From an uncultured Gammaproteobacteria bacterium (GTDB lineage Bacteria > Patescibacteriota > Patescibacteriia > UBA9934): DNA of 53,198 nucleotides. A program made the position numbers and the translations under genes. Below the pieces are notes generated by a model. The model searched no databases. It saw only the letters and a program-made list of their open reading frames with translations, and had not been told where the DNA came from. This document shows, piece after piece, positions 35,886 through 45,048 of this stretch. Within the stretch, counting starts at the first letter, position 1; the number at the start of each line of letters is the position of its first letter. The stretch is from positions 85,618 through 138,815 of the forward strand of contig CAZMTL010000002.1 in NCBI GenBank assembly GCA_964569575.1. The letters are read 5' to 3'.

Positions 35886-37685
35886 ATGGTTTTTATGATT
35901 GATACACCTAATCGTAGCCCCCGACCTAACCGTCCAGCTACACAGCCACGTCGACGAGAACAATCTCGACGACCGTATACAAAGCACACACGCACATTCA
36001 ATGCGCCTACCGGCGACAAAGTGCGCGTAATGGTACTCGGAGGACTAGAAGAAGTTGGCCGAAACTGTACCCTAATCGAATACAAGAACGACATCATTTT
36101 GATCGATCTTGGTCTTCAATTCCCAGATGAAAACATGCCTGGAGTGGATTACATCATTCCAAACATGTCGTACTTGAAAGGAAAGGAAAAGAACGTACGC
36201 GGAGTCATTATCACCCATGGTCACTACGACCACATCGGTGCAATCCCTCACGTTGTTCCAAACATCGGAAGCCCGATCGTCTATGCCCTTCCAGTCGCAG
36301 CCGGAATTATCAAAAAACGTCAGGACGACTTCCGAAGTTCGCGTATTGAAGTAAAAACAATCGGCATCGATACCGAATTGCAACTTGGAGCATTCAAAGT
36401 GCACTTCTTCCACATCAACCACAACATTCCAGATTCAGCCGGAATCGTCATCGAAACACCAGCTGGAACGATTTGTCACACAGGTGACTGGAAATTTGAC
36501 TATCATCCAGTTGGAGCACCTCCAGCCGATTTGAAAAAAATCGCACGCGTTGGAGACAAGGGCGTTGCTCTTTTAATGGGAGATTCAACAAACGCCGATC
36601 GTCCAGGTCAGCAAACGTCGGAACGTGTAATCGGCGACGAGCTTGAACGCATTATCGAAAAAGCACCAGGACGTGTCATTATCGCAACATTCGCCTCCCT
36701 TCTCTCACGAGTAAAGCAGGTGCTCGAAATCTCGGAAAAAATGGGAAGAAAAGTAGCACTTGAAGGATATTCGATGAAAGCAAACGTCGAAATCGCCCGA
36801 GGACTCGGATATATCAAAGTAAAGGACAGCACCATTATTCCAATGGAAAAAGCAAAATCCGTTCCAGACGAAAAACTAACGGTAATTTGTACAGGTGCAC
36901 AGGGAGAGAAAAACGCAGCGCTTAACCGAATCGCAAGCGACGAACACCGATTCATCCGTGTTCAAAAAACAGACACCATCGTATTCTCTAGTTCAGTCAT
37001 TCCAGGAAACGAACAGTCTGTACAGCGCCTAAAAGACATCTTCTACCGAAAGCGAGCGCGAGTAATCCACAAAGACTTGATGGATGTTCACGCCGGCGGA
37101 CACGCGAAGAAAGAAGACATCAAATTGATGCTTTCGCTCTTCACGCCAACGTACTACATGCCAATCGAAGGAAACCACTTCTTGTTGCGCGAAAACCAAA
37201 TGGTTGCACTCGAAATGGGATACCCAGAAGAACGCACATTCGTAGCAGACAACGGACAAGTCATCGAACTTTGGAAGGACAAGAACGGCGTTTCGCAAGC
37301 ACAAATGACCAAAGAAAAAGTTCCAACCGAATACGTCTTTGTTGACGGACTAGGAGTGGGAGACGTTTCAGAAGTCGTGCTACGCGACCGCCAAGCCCTT
37401 GCCGACGACGGAGTAGTAGTCGTAATCGTTCAGCTAGACGAAAAAACTGGTGGCGTGATCGGAAAACCAGACATCGTTAGCCGAGGATTCGTTCACATGA
37501 AAGAAAACAAAAAACTAATAAACGACGTTCGAGACTTGGTACAAAAAACTTGCAGCACAAAATTAACGCAAGGTGGACCAGATCGAGACATTATTCGAGG
37601 AAAGATTCGAGACGAAGTTGGTCAATTCTTACTAAAGAAAACACAACGACGCCCAATGGTTCTTCCAGTAATTCTAGAAGTATAA
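35886..37685 (+). CDS. rnj: ribonuclease J (metallo-beta-lactamase / beta-CASP)
   Basis: Shows HGHYDHIGA, beta-CASP motifs and a C-terminal domain. The start is uncertain (ATG at 35886 or 35895). The track start at 35811 lies inside a leader hairpin. Confidence 0.88.
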   Translation: MVFMIDTPNRSPRPNRPATQPRRREQSRRPYTKHTRTFNAPTGDKVRVMVLGGLEEVGRNCTLIEYKNDIILIDLGLQFPDENMPGVDYIIPNMSYLKGKEKNVRGVIITHGHYDHIGAIPHVVPNIGSPIVYALPVAAGIIKKRQDDFRSSRIEVKTIGIDTELQLGAFKVHFFHINHNIPDSAGIVIETPAGTICHTGDWKFDYHPVGAPPADLKKIARVGDKGVALLMGDSTNADRPGQQTSERVIGDELERIIEKAPGRVIIATFASLLSRVKQVLEISEKMGRKVALEGYSMKANVEIARGLGYIKVKDSTIIPMEKAKSVPDEKLTVICTGAQGEKNAALNRIASDEHRFIRVQKTDTIVFSSSVIPGNEQSVQRLKDIFYRKRARVIHKDLMDVHAGGHAKKEDIKLMLSLFTPTYYMPIEGNHFLLRENQMVALEMGYPEERTFVADNGQVIELWKDKNGVSQAQMTKEKVPTEYVFVDGLGVGDVSEVVLRDRQALADDGVVVVIVQLDEKTGGVIGKPDIVSRGFVHMKENKKLINDVRDLVQKTCSTKLTQGGPDRDIIRGKIRDEVGQFLLKKTQRRPMVLPVILEV

Positions 37686-37687
37686 AC

Positions 37688-37716
37688 AAAAAAATCGCCC
37701 TCGTGGCGATTTTTTT
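37688..37716 (+). terminator. intrinsic terminator after rnj
   Basis: Stem aaaaaaatcgcc / ggcgattttttt with a 5-nt loop, ending in a T-run. Confidence 0.8.
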
Positions 37717-37778
37717 GTTACAAGAAAACTCGATTAAAACCAACAGATTTGCTAAACTAAACGCATTAGCATACACGT

Positions 37779-38756
37779 ATGAACATCTTGACCGGCATTC
37801 AACCAACGAACATTCTGCACATCGGGAACCTCTTCGGCGCTCTAAAGCCAGCCGTTGAACTGCAAAAACAACATCAACTCCACATGATGGTGGTTGATTA
37901 CCATGCAATCACGGTAAAATTCGATCCAAAAATCCTAAAAGAGAACATCCTCTTTGCCACAGCTACATACCTTGCGGCAGGCATCGATCCAAAAAAGACA
38001 CTCCTGTTCCAGCAATCTGACGTATCCGCTCACACCGAACTTGCGTGGATTCTGCAATGTGTCGCCCGCATTGGCGAAGTAGAACGCATGACGCAATTTA
38101 AAGACAAATCCCAAAAAGGAAACGCCCAAAATTCAAGCGTCGGGCTACTCACCTACCCGGTGCTTATGGCAGCCGACATTCTGCTCTACCAAACCGAAGG
38201 CGTACCTGTCGGCGAAGATCAAAAACAACACGTCGAACTTGCACGCGACCTAGCCGAACGCTTCAACCGCGACTACGGCCAAACATTCGTTGTACCAGAA
38301 CCCCTCATCGGCCAAAACGGGGCGCGCATCAAGGCACTCAACGAACCAGAAAAAAAGATGAGCAAAAGCGCAGCCAGCGCCAAAAACTTCATCTCCCTCA
38401 TGGACGACGAAGACATCATTCGCAAAAAAATCCGCAGCGCGGTAACAGATTCACTTCCAGGGATCACAAACGACCAAAGCCGAACAGGACTCAAAAACCT
38501 GCTCTCCATCTATCAGCTCCTTACAAAAGAGTCTGAAACAGAAATCGTAGCTAAGTATGAAAACCGTGGAATGAAGGACCTAAAGGACGATCTAGCCGAA
38601 CTACTCATCATCTACCTCACTCCTCTACAAGCCGAAATCCAAGGCTGGATGGATAACCGAACAGAACTAGAAAAACTACTCCAAATTGGAGCAGGAGGGG
38701 CGAGAGAAATCGCGGACAAAACACTAAAAACCGCCAAAAAAGCCATTGGTTTATAA
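37779..38756 (+). CDS. trpS: tryptophan--tRNA ligase
   Basis: 325 aa. Shows [17 protein letters not shown] (HIGH-type), KMSKS and [16 protein letters not shown]. Confidence 0.93.
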   Translation: MNILTGIQPTNILHIGNLFGALKPAVELQKQHQLHMMVVDYHAITVKFDPKILKENILFATATYLAAGIDPKKTLLFQQSDVSAHTELAWILQCVARIGEVERMTQFKDKSQKGNAQNSSVGLLTYPVLMAADILLYQTEGVPVGEDQKQHVELARDLAERFNRDYGQTFVVPEPLIGQNGARIKALNEPEKKMSKSAASAKNFISLMDDEDIIRKKIRSAVTDSLPGITNDQSRTGLKNLLSIYQLLTKESETEIVAKYENRGMKDLKDDLAELLIIYLTPLQAEIQGWMDNRTELEKLLQIGAGGAREIADKTLKTAKKAIGL

Positions 38757-38794
38757 AAAAATGCTCAGACCAACAAATCTGAGCATTTTTATTT
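38757..38794 (+). terminator. intrinsic terminator after trpS
   Basis: 13-bp stem aaaaatgctcaga / tctgagcattttt with an 8-nt loop, followed by ATTT. Confidence 0.75.
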
Positions 38795-38840
38795 AGAAAA
38801 ATTTTTCCGCACAACCAAGCCACTTTTTATCCCCAGTTTA

Positions 38841-38869
38841 TTGACAAAACCCCATTTTTTTGAAAGTAT
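38841..38869 (+). promoter_or_regulatory. sigma70-like promoter driving the G+C-rich ORF at 38926
   Basis: TTGACA (38841-38846), a 17-nt spacer aaaccccatttttttga, and AAGTAT (38864-38869). From the TTGAC onward, 20 of the first 22 positions are identical to the rnpB promoter at 39549. Confidence 0.5.
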
Positions 38870-38925
38870 ACCCACGTCCCGGCACCCCGCCTGCGACACA
38901 ACATCATGACCACAGGAATTCCATC

Positions 38926-39405
38926 ATGGAATCCAACCTCGCACTGAACGAGACGCCCGTCTCGTTCAGCGACCTCGACCTCGACACCACCCCCGCTCCT
39001 ACCCGCTTCTCGATGCTCGTCGTGAAGAAGCCCTCCAAGAAGGCGGTACGGAAGGAGATCGAGCGCATCAAGGCGCTCAAGGTCCCTCCTGGCCTCATCG
39101 AAGAGGTGGCCAAGCGACGTCTGCTCTTCTGCAAGCGTCTCGAGCTCATCAAGCCCGAAGGTGGCCTCAACGACCACGCGCTCAAGATCCTGCGGGAGTT
39201 CTCGAAGGAATGGCTCGCTGCCACCATCGAGGACGTCACCGCGCTGGAAGAAGCCATCGACGAACTGATCGCACGACCGAAGAACCGGATCGCCGAGATC
39301 GTGCCCAGGTGGTGGTTGCAGCGCAACTACCCCAGCATGACCCTCGAGCGTCGACCCATCCAGGTCGGCATGATCAACGGCCGTCGGCTCGCCTCGGGCC
39401 GGTAG
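38926..39405 (+). CDS. G+C-rich orphan hypothetical protein (159 aa)
   Basis: Starts MESNLALNETPVSFSDLDLD. AGGA sits 8 nt upstream of the ATG. 26 of the first 30 codons end in G or C. Has its own terminator. I recognise no family. Confidence 0.65.
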   Translation: MESNLALNETPVSFSDLDLDTTPAPTRFSMLVVKKPSKKAVRKEIERIKALKVPPGLIEEVAKRRLLFCKRLELIKPEGGLNDHALKILREFSKEWLAATIEDVTALEEAIDELIARPKNRIAEIVPRWWLQRNYPSMTLERRPIQVGMINGRRLASGR

Positions 39406-39457
39406 CATGACAACCTAGAACTCGCTCGCCGCGGCGTCTGCCGCAGGCGAGCACCTC

Positions 39458-39491
39458 CCGACCACGTTTCACCGTGGTCGGCATTCGTTTT
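39458..39491 (+). terminator. intrinsic terminator of the 38926 ORF
   Basis: Stem ccgaccacg (39458-39466) / cgtggtcgg (39473-39481), followed by CATTCGTTTT. A second imperfect GC hairpin lies at 39424-39453. Confidence 0.65.
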
Positions 39492-39548
39492 AAGCCTCTT
39501 TTTCACAATATTTAAGACCCAACTCGTTCAAAATACCCTCCATTTCCT

Positions 39549-39577
39549 TTGACAAAACCCGCTTTTTTTGCTACACT
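39549..39577 (+). promoter_or_regulatory. sigma70-like extended -10 promoter of RNase P RNA
   Basis: TTGACA (39549-39554), a 17-nt spacer aaacccgctttttttgc, and TACACT (39572-39577). Confidence 0.65.
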
Positions 39578-39583
39578 TCGCGC

Positions 39584-40072
39584 GGGAAACAGAATGATCG
39601 CTGTTGATTTTCGACAGAGGAAAGTCCGAACACCTTTTGTGCGGCAACGTACAAAAACAAAAAACGTCGCTAACGGCGACCAGGAGAACTCGGGCAACTA
39701 AGAGTTGGATAACTGCTCTTGATTGCCTGATCGAATCCTAGGGAAAGTGCCACAGAGACTATACTAATTTTGCGAAGCAAAATTAACCTGAGCGAAGTCG
39801 AAGGGTCTTTCGTCGAAAGACAAAATGACCCCAAACAAAGCAAACGTGTAATTTCGTAAAATGAAACGTGAAAAGCAAGATGGTGTGCTCGAGCAAAAGC
39901 ATCGACCCGCTACATCTTTCGTCTTCCGGTGACGGAATGACGCGGTAAACCCGTTTTGGTGCAAGAGCAAATTTGGTAGCTCGCTTGAATTCTTTGGCAA
40001 CAAAGAAACTAGATAGATGATCATTGCCTAGATTTCGGTCTAGGAACAGAATTCGGCTTACATGTTCCCCAC
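39584..40072 (+). ncRNA. rnpB: RNase P RNA, bacterial type A, about 490 nt with an enlarged P12 region
   Basis: Conserved blocks GAGGAAAGTCCGAACAC (P4 5' side), AGGGAAAGTGCCACAGAGA and ACAGAATTCGGCTTAC (P4 3' side). P1 pairs gggaaaca with tgttcccc. The ends are approximate, within a few nt. Confidence 0.85.
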
Positions 40073-40106
40073 AAAACACTCCGGCTAGTCCGGAGTGTTT
40101 TGTTTG
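40073..40106 (+). terminator. intrinsic terminator after rnpB
   Basis: 12-bp stem aaaacactccgg / ccggagtgtttt with loop CTAGT, followed by GTTTG. Confidence 0.75.
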
Positions 40107-40158
40107 AACAAACGAAGCCTCCACCCCTACCCCCTTCCTCTGCTATACTACCTACACT

Positions 40159-41565
40159 ATGAAACGAATCGATCTCTATTTTGCCGTAGCGAAAATTCCT
40201 CTCGACTTCATCACCCTTCTAGCTGCTGCAACTGCTGCCTACTCGGTTCGATTTTCTCCCTTCTTCGCCTCCATCCGACCTATTACGTTCAACCTCACCT
40301 ACACCGAATACTTAAACGTTGTCTCACCAGCAATCGTATTAGCACTCGCCGTATTTACACTCGCGGGATTGTACCGAATCGAAACAACACGCATCGCCAC
40401 CGAAATCAGCCACGTGTTTCTTGCAACCGCCGCCGCGATGGCCGTCATTCTGGCATTCGCCTTTTTCCAACGCGAACTATTCGATTCGCGATTCATCGTG
40501 CTCGCCGCATGGATTTTTGCAACCATCTTCCTTGTCATTGAACGTACGCTTGTCAGACTTCTTCAACGCTCACTACGCACGCTAGGCATAGGCATGATGC
40601 ATGTAGTGATTATCGGAAAAACAAAATCAAGCTGGCAGATTGAACGATTCTTCACTCGATTTCCCCGTTTCGGATACCGAGTCGCCATGCACGTTCAATC
40701 GTTTAACGAACAGTCCGAAAAACACATTCGCTCACTAAAAAAGAAAGACCAAGTCGACGCAATCCTAGTTGCAAATCCAGACATTACCAACCACGAACTT
40801 CACAAAATAAAAGCCTTCACCGACCAAGAACACCTCCGTTTTATCTACTCATCCGAAATCGCCCCAAGTGGCACAACTCGGCCAATTTTACATACATTCG
40901 CCGGTCTTCCAGTGATCGAAGTACCAAAAACCCCTCTCGACGGCTGGGGCGCTATTTACAAACGTGTCTTCGATATCGTTGGCGCGAGCGCCCTCATCCT
41001 TGCAAGCCTTCCTCTGCAAATTTTGCTCGCATTACTGGTAAAACTTGATTCGTCAGGACCTATTTTCTTCCTACAAAAGCGCGTCGGCCAGGGAGGTAAA
41101 TCGTTCACCTATTTCAAATTTCGGTCGATGAAAAAAGATGCTCACAAGTTCCGATTCGATCCAAAGTTTATCGAAAAATACGGAAATATGCGTGAAGGTT
41201 CTCCCCTGTTCAAGCTCGAAAATGACCCACGCGTCACACGCATCGGAAAAATCATGCGAAAATTTAGCATGGACGAAATCCCAGAATTCTACAACGTTCT
41301 ACGCGGCAAAATGAGTTTAGTCGGACCCCGTCCACACATGCCCGAAGAAGTCGAAAAATACCAACCGCACCAACGCCAAGTTCTCACAATCAAGCCAGGT
41401 ATCACCGGCATGGCACAAATTAGTGGCCGAGCAAATTTGGAATTCGACGAAGAGGTGCGACTCGATCAGTACTACATCGAAAACTGGACTCCGTGGCTCG
41501 ACATTATTATTCTCGCCAAAACCCCCCTCGCTGTGTTCGAAAAGCTAGAAGAGAAAAAGAAATAA
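40159..41565 (+). CDS. undecaprenyl-phosphate sugar phosphotransferase (WbaP/bacterial sugar transferase family)
   Basis: 468 aa. Has N-terminal TM helices and a C-terminal domain with KRVFDIVGASALILASLPL, GPRPHMPEEV and PGITGMAQISGR. TGcTATACT lies 9 nt upstream of the ATG. Confidence 0.85.
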   Translation: MKRIDLYFAVAKIPLDFITLLAAATAAYSVRFSPFFASIRPITFNLTYTEYLNVVSPAIVLALAVFTLAGLYRIETTRIATEISHVFLATAAAMAVILAFAFFQRELFDSRFIVLAAWIFATIFLVIERTLVRLLQRSLRTLGIGMMHVVIIGKTKSSWQIERFFTRFPRFGYRVAMHVQSFNEQSEKHIRSLKKKDQVDAILVANPDITNHELHKIKAFTDQEHLRFIYSSEIAPSGTTRPILHTFAGLPVIEVPKTPLDGWGAIYKRVFDIVGASALILASLPLQILLALLVKLDSSGPIFFLQKRVGQGGKSFTYFKFRSMKKDAHKFRFDPKFIEKYGNMREGSPLFKLENDPRVTRIGKIMRKFSMDEIPEFYNVLRGKMSLVGPRPHMPEEVEKYQPHQRQVLTIKPGITGMAQISGRANLEFDEEVRLDQYYIENWTPWLDIIILAKTPLAVFEKLEEKKK

Positions 41566-41623
41566 ATCCAACCAAAGACCCACTATTTACAGACCCGCGC
41601 TGAAAAGGTAACCTCTCTACATT

Positions 41624-42739
41624 ATGCGGTTAGCCCTCATCCACGATCATCTTGTCCAAAGCGGCGGCGCAGAACGCGTGCTCGAAGCCATGCAAGCAAT
41701 TTGGCCCGAAGCACCTACGTACACGTTGCTCTACGACGAATCTACGATGAACGGCCAATTCAAAGGCAAAGAAATCCGCACCTCCTTCCTACAAAAACTT
41801 CCGTTTGCCCTCAAAAAATCCCGCTGGTACCTCCCCCTCATGCCAACCGCGACAGAACTCTACGATCTGTCTAAATTCGATGTCGTACTTTCGAATTCAA
41901 GCGCTTTTTCAAAAGGCATTATTCCAGGAACAAACACACTTCACATTACCTACTGCCACACACCTACGCGTTACCTCTGGAGCGACACACACAACTACCG
42001 CGAAGAAATAAACGCACCAGGAATCGCCAAAAAGCTCCTCCCATTACTACTCACCGGTCTACGCATGTGGGATCGCGCGGCAGCAGACCGTGTTGATCAC
42101 TTCATCGCCAATTCCGAAACCGTAAAACGCCGAATCGAACGCTACTACCGCCGCGACAGCGAAGTAATCTACCCGCCGGTAAACATCGACGAATTTTCGA
42201 TTTCACAAAAACCAAAAAAATACTTCCTCATCGGCGGACGACTTGTCGCCTACAAACGGTACGACCTAGTCGTTCAAGCGTTTACAAAGCTAGGACTCCC
42301 TCTCAAAATTTACGGCAGCGGACCAAACGAAAAGAAACTACGCGCCATGGCCGGACCAAACATCCAATTCCTCGGGCGAGTTTCGAACGAAGAACGCGCA
42401 ACCCTTTTCGCAAACGCGATCGCTTTCATGCACCCGCAAGAAGAAGATTTTGGCATCACCCCACTCGAAAGCATGGCAGCCGGCCGGCCGGTGATCGCCT
42501 ACGCTCGCGGCGGCGCACTCGAAACAGTAGTTGACGGTAAAACGGGTGTCTTTTTCCATTCACAAACCTGGGAAGAAATTGCAGACACCGTCCTTCAGTT
42601 TGATGAAAAAAAATTCGACCCAACCTACATCCAAAACCACGCAAAAAAATTCTCAACCGAACTATTTCACAAAAATATCTACAATTTTGTTCAAAAGAAA
42701 TGGGAAGAACACAAGCGAACACACCTAGGAAAGGCTTAA
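41624..42739 (+). CDS. glycosyltransferase family 4
   Basis: 371 aa. Shows GT-B group 1 features (EDFGITPLESMAAGRPVIA). Confidence 0.8.
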   Translation: MRLALIHDHLVQSGGAERVLEAMQAIWPEAPTYTLLYDESTMNGQFKGKEIRTSFLQKLPFALKKSRWYLPLMPTATELYDLSKFDVVLSNSSAFSKGIIPGTNTLHITYCHTPTRYLWSDTHNYREEINAPGIAKKLLPLLLTGLRMWDRAAADRVDHFIANSETVKRRIERYYRRDSEVIYPPVNIDEFSISQKPKKYFLIGGRLVAYKRYDLVVQAFTKLGLPLKIYGSGPNEKKLRAMAGPNIQFLGRVSNEERATLFANAIAFMHPQEEDFGITPLESMAAGRPVIAYARGGALETVVDGKTGVFFHSQTWEEIADTVLQFDEKKFDPTYIQNHAKKFSTELFHKNIYNFVQKKWEEHKRTHLGKA

Positions 42740-42743
42740 CGCT

Positions 42744-43850
42744 ATGAAGCTCGGCATCGATATTCGCCATCTCACACAAAAAAATCCTTCAGGCATTGGC
42801 CAATACACCATTGCGCTCATTCAGGCGCTTGCCGAAACAAAACCAGACGCAGAACTGCACTTATTCGCAAGCGGAACAAACAAGGCGCTTCAAAATCTCC
42901 CTCCCTTTCCACAAAAAAACATCACCGTTCACACAAAAACACTCCCAAACAAACTTCTCTCCGCAAAACTCTTCTTTCAAACAACCTCCGCACTAGAAGA
43001 TTTTTTGCCCGTCAAGATTGATCACTGGCTGTTCCCAAATCTCAACCACATCCGCACCCGACTTCCCTACACTATCACCGTTCACGATGTCAGCTTCGTG
43101 CTCTATCCAGAATTTTTCACCCAAAAAAGCCTTCTGTGGCACAAAACAACACGTCCATTTAAATTGCTATCAGAAGCCAAAGCCATTCTGGCCGTTTCGA
43201 ATACAACAAAACAAGACATCACTCATTTTTTCCAACAGCGGCCAGAAAAAATACACGTCACCCACCTAGGTGTGAGCAACAAATTCAATCCAAAACAAAC
43301 ACCAGCCGACCAAAACAACCTGCGCGATCTTGGAATCACTGGCCCTTACTTTCTTTGCCTTGCAACACAAGAACCCCGAAAAAACATCGATTCCGTTGTT
43401 ATTGCCTACCAAGAATGGCAAAAAAAACATCCAAACAATAAAACAACACTTGTAATCGCGGGAGGAAAAGGCTGGAAAACATCAACCAACCATCAAAACG
43501 ACAACATCATCCGCACGGGCTACGTCCCCGAATCAAGCAAACCAGCCCTTATTCGACACGCAAACGCCCTCTTCTTTCCCTCGTTCTACGAAGGGTTTGG
43601 TCTACCCGTGCTCGAAGCCCTCGCAAGCCAAACACCCGATGTAGCCTCGTTTACAGGCTCACTACACGAAATAGACGTTGACTCCACGCTCTACATCGAC
43701 CCATACAACCTCACCGACCTCATAAACGCATTCACGCTCATTCAAGACCAAAACATCATCAAATCACTCAAAGAAAAATCGACCGCACAAGCGCAAAAAT
43801 TCAGCTGGACAAAAACCGCGCAAAAAACCTGGGAAGCAATCGAAAGGTAA
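42744..43850 (+). CDS. glycosyltransferase family 4
   Basis: 368 aa. Shows FFPSFYEGFGLPVLEALAS, the E-x7-E region. Confidence 0.8.
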   Translation: MKLGIDIRHLTQKNPSGIGQYTIALIQALAETKPDAELHLFASGTNKALQNLPPFPQKNITVHTKTLPNKLLSAKLFFQTTSALEDFLPVKIDHWLFPNLNHIRTRLPYTITVHDVSFVLYPEFFTQKSLLWHKTTRPFKLLSEAKAILAVSNTTKQDITHFFQQRPEKIHVTHLGVSNKFNPKQTPADQNNLRDLGITGPYFLCLATQEPRKNIDSVVIAYQEWQKKHPNNKTTLVIAGGKGWKTSTNHQNDNIIRTGYVPESSKPALIRHANALFFPSFYEGFGLPVLEALASQTPDVASFTGSLHEIDVDSTLYIDPYNLTDLINAFTLIQDQNIIKSLKEKSTAQAQKFSWTKTAQKTWEAIER

Positions 43851-43908
43851 GAAAAATCCATCCACAAATCCCCTCGTGAATAGTGCAAAAAACTGCTAAA
43901 ATAACAGC

Positions 43909-45048
43909 ATGAAGATCGGGATTGATGCACGGATGTACGGACCTCGAGTGGGCGGGGGCGGACTTGGACGTTATGTGTCCGAACTCATCACCCATTTGCA
44001 AGAAATTGATCAGAAAAATCAATACGTTCTTTTTTTAAAAAAAGAAAATTTCCACGAATGCCGAATCACCAATGCACGATTCACAAAAGAACTGGCCGAC
44101 ATTCATTGGTACACTGCAAAAGAACAACTCTATTTTCCACAAATCATCAACAGGACCAGCGTAGACTTCATGCACTTCCCTCACTGGAACGTGCCTTTGC
44201 TCAATCGCGTACCGTTCATGACAACCATCCACGATTTAATCCTTGTGGAAGATAGTGCAAGCGCTCGAAGCTCGACCAAAAACGCCTTCGTCCACGGATT
44301 CAAATACGCCGCGTTTCGCACCGTGCTCGAACACGCCATTCACCGAAGTAAACACATCCTGACCGTTTCCGAATACTCGAAGTCACGTATTCTAAAGCAC
44401 TTTGGTATCAAACAAAACAAAATCACCGTCACGCTAAACGGAATCATCAAACCAGCAGATTTCAAAAATGTCAGCCTTTCACAACTCGGCGTCTACGACC
44501 CCTACTTTCTCTACGTAGGAAATGCTTACCCGCACAAAAACCTCCGCATGATGATCCACGCGTTCGCAAGTTTCGCAAAGAAATTTCCTCATGTTCAACT
44601 CGTCATTGCCGGTAATCGCGACCTCTTCTCGAAAGCGCTCGAAAAAGAAGCGAAGGAATTAAACATTCCAACGCATCAAATCCGCTTCCTGCACCTTCCA
44701 ACCGATCAAGAAATTTCCGCTCTCTACGAACACGCATCACTCTTCATCTACCCGTCCCGCATTGAAGGATTCGGCATGCCTCCGCTCGAAGCGCTCACGC
44801 ACGGCACACCAGTCGCGGCCGCAAACACCGCTTCACTTCCCGAAGTACTACAAAACCACGCGCTCTTCTTCGAACAGGACGACATCGACACGCTGCAACT
44901 TCACATGACGGAAGCGATCAACAATCCAAAACGCTTAAAACAACAAGCACTCGAAGGAAAAGCCTTTGCTGCAAAATACGACTGGCGAAAAACCGCAGAA
45001 CAAACCCTTCACGCCTACAATCACTTCCCTCTGCGTAAACGCACATGA
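43909..45048 (+). CDS. glycosyltransferase family 4
   Basis: 379 aa. Shows IYPSRIEGFGMPPLEALTHGTPVAAANTASLPEV. Confidence 0.8.
   Translation: MKIGIDARMYGPRVGGGGLGRYVSELITHLQEIDQKNQYVLFLKKENFHECRITNARFTKELADIHWYTAKEQLYFPQIINRTSVDFMHFPHWNVPLLNRVPFMTTIHDLILVEDSASARSSTKNAFVHGFKYAAFRTVLEHAIHRSKHILTVSEYSKSRILKHFGIKQNKITVTLNGIIKPADFKNVSLSQLGVYDPYFLYVGNAYPHKNLRMMIHAFASFAKKFPHVQLVIAGNRDLFSKALEKEAKELNIPTHQIRFLHLPTDQEISALYEHASLFIYPSRIEGFGMPPLEALTHGTPVAAANTASLPEVLQNHALFFEQDDIDTLQLHMTEAINNPKRLKQQALEGKAFAAKYDWRKTAEQTLHAYNHFPLRKRT

Noticed and set aside
38827-39408. 193-aa minus-strand ORF, plus 140-aa and 66-aa ORFs overlapping the second island.
   Set aside because: These are antisense or shifted shadows of the plus-strand ORF. 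Only the plus frame has G/C-biased third positions and a promoter, RBS and terminator in the correct orientation.
39512-40124. Minus-strand ORFs 39512-39697, 39764-40024 and 39783-40124, and the plus-strand ORF 40095-40541.
   Set aside because: The first three lie on the RNase P RNA gene and its promoter. The last begins in the rnpB terminator and runs out of frame into the WbaP-like gene.
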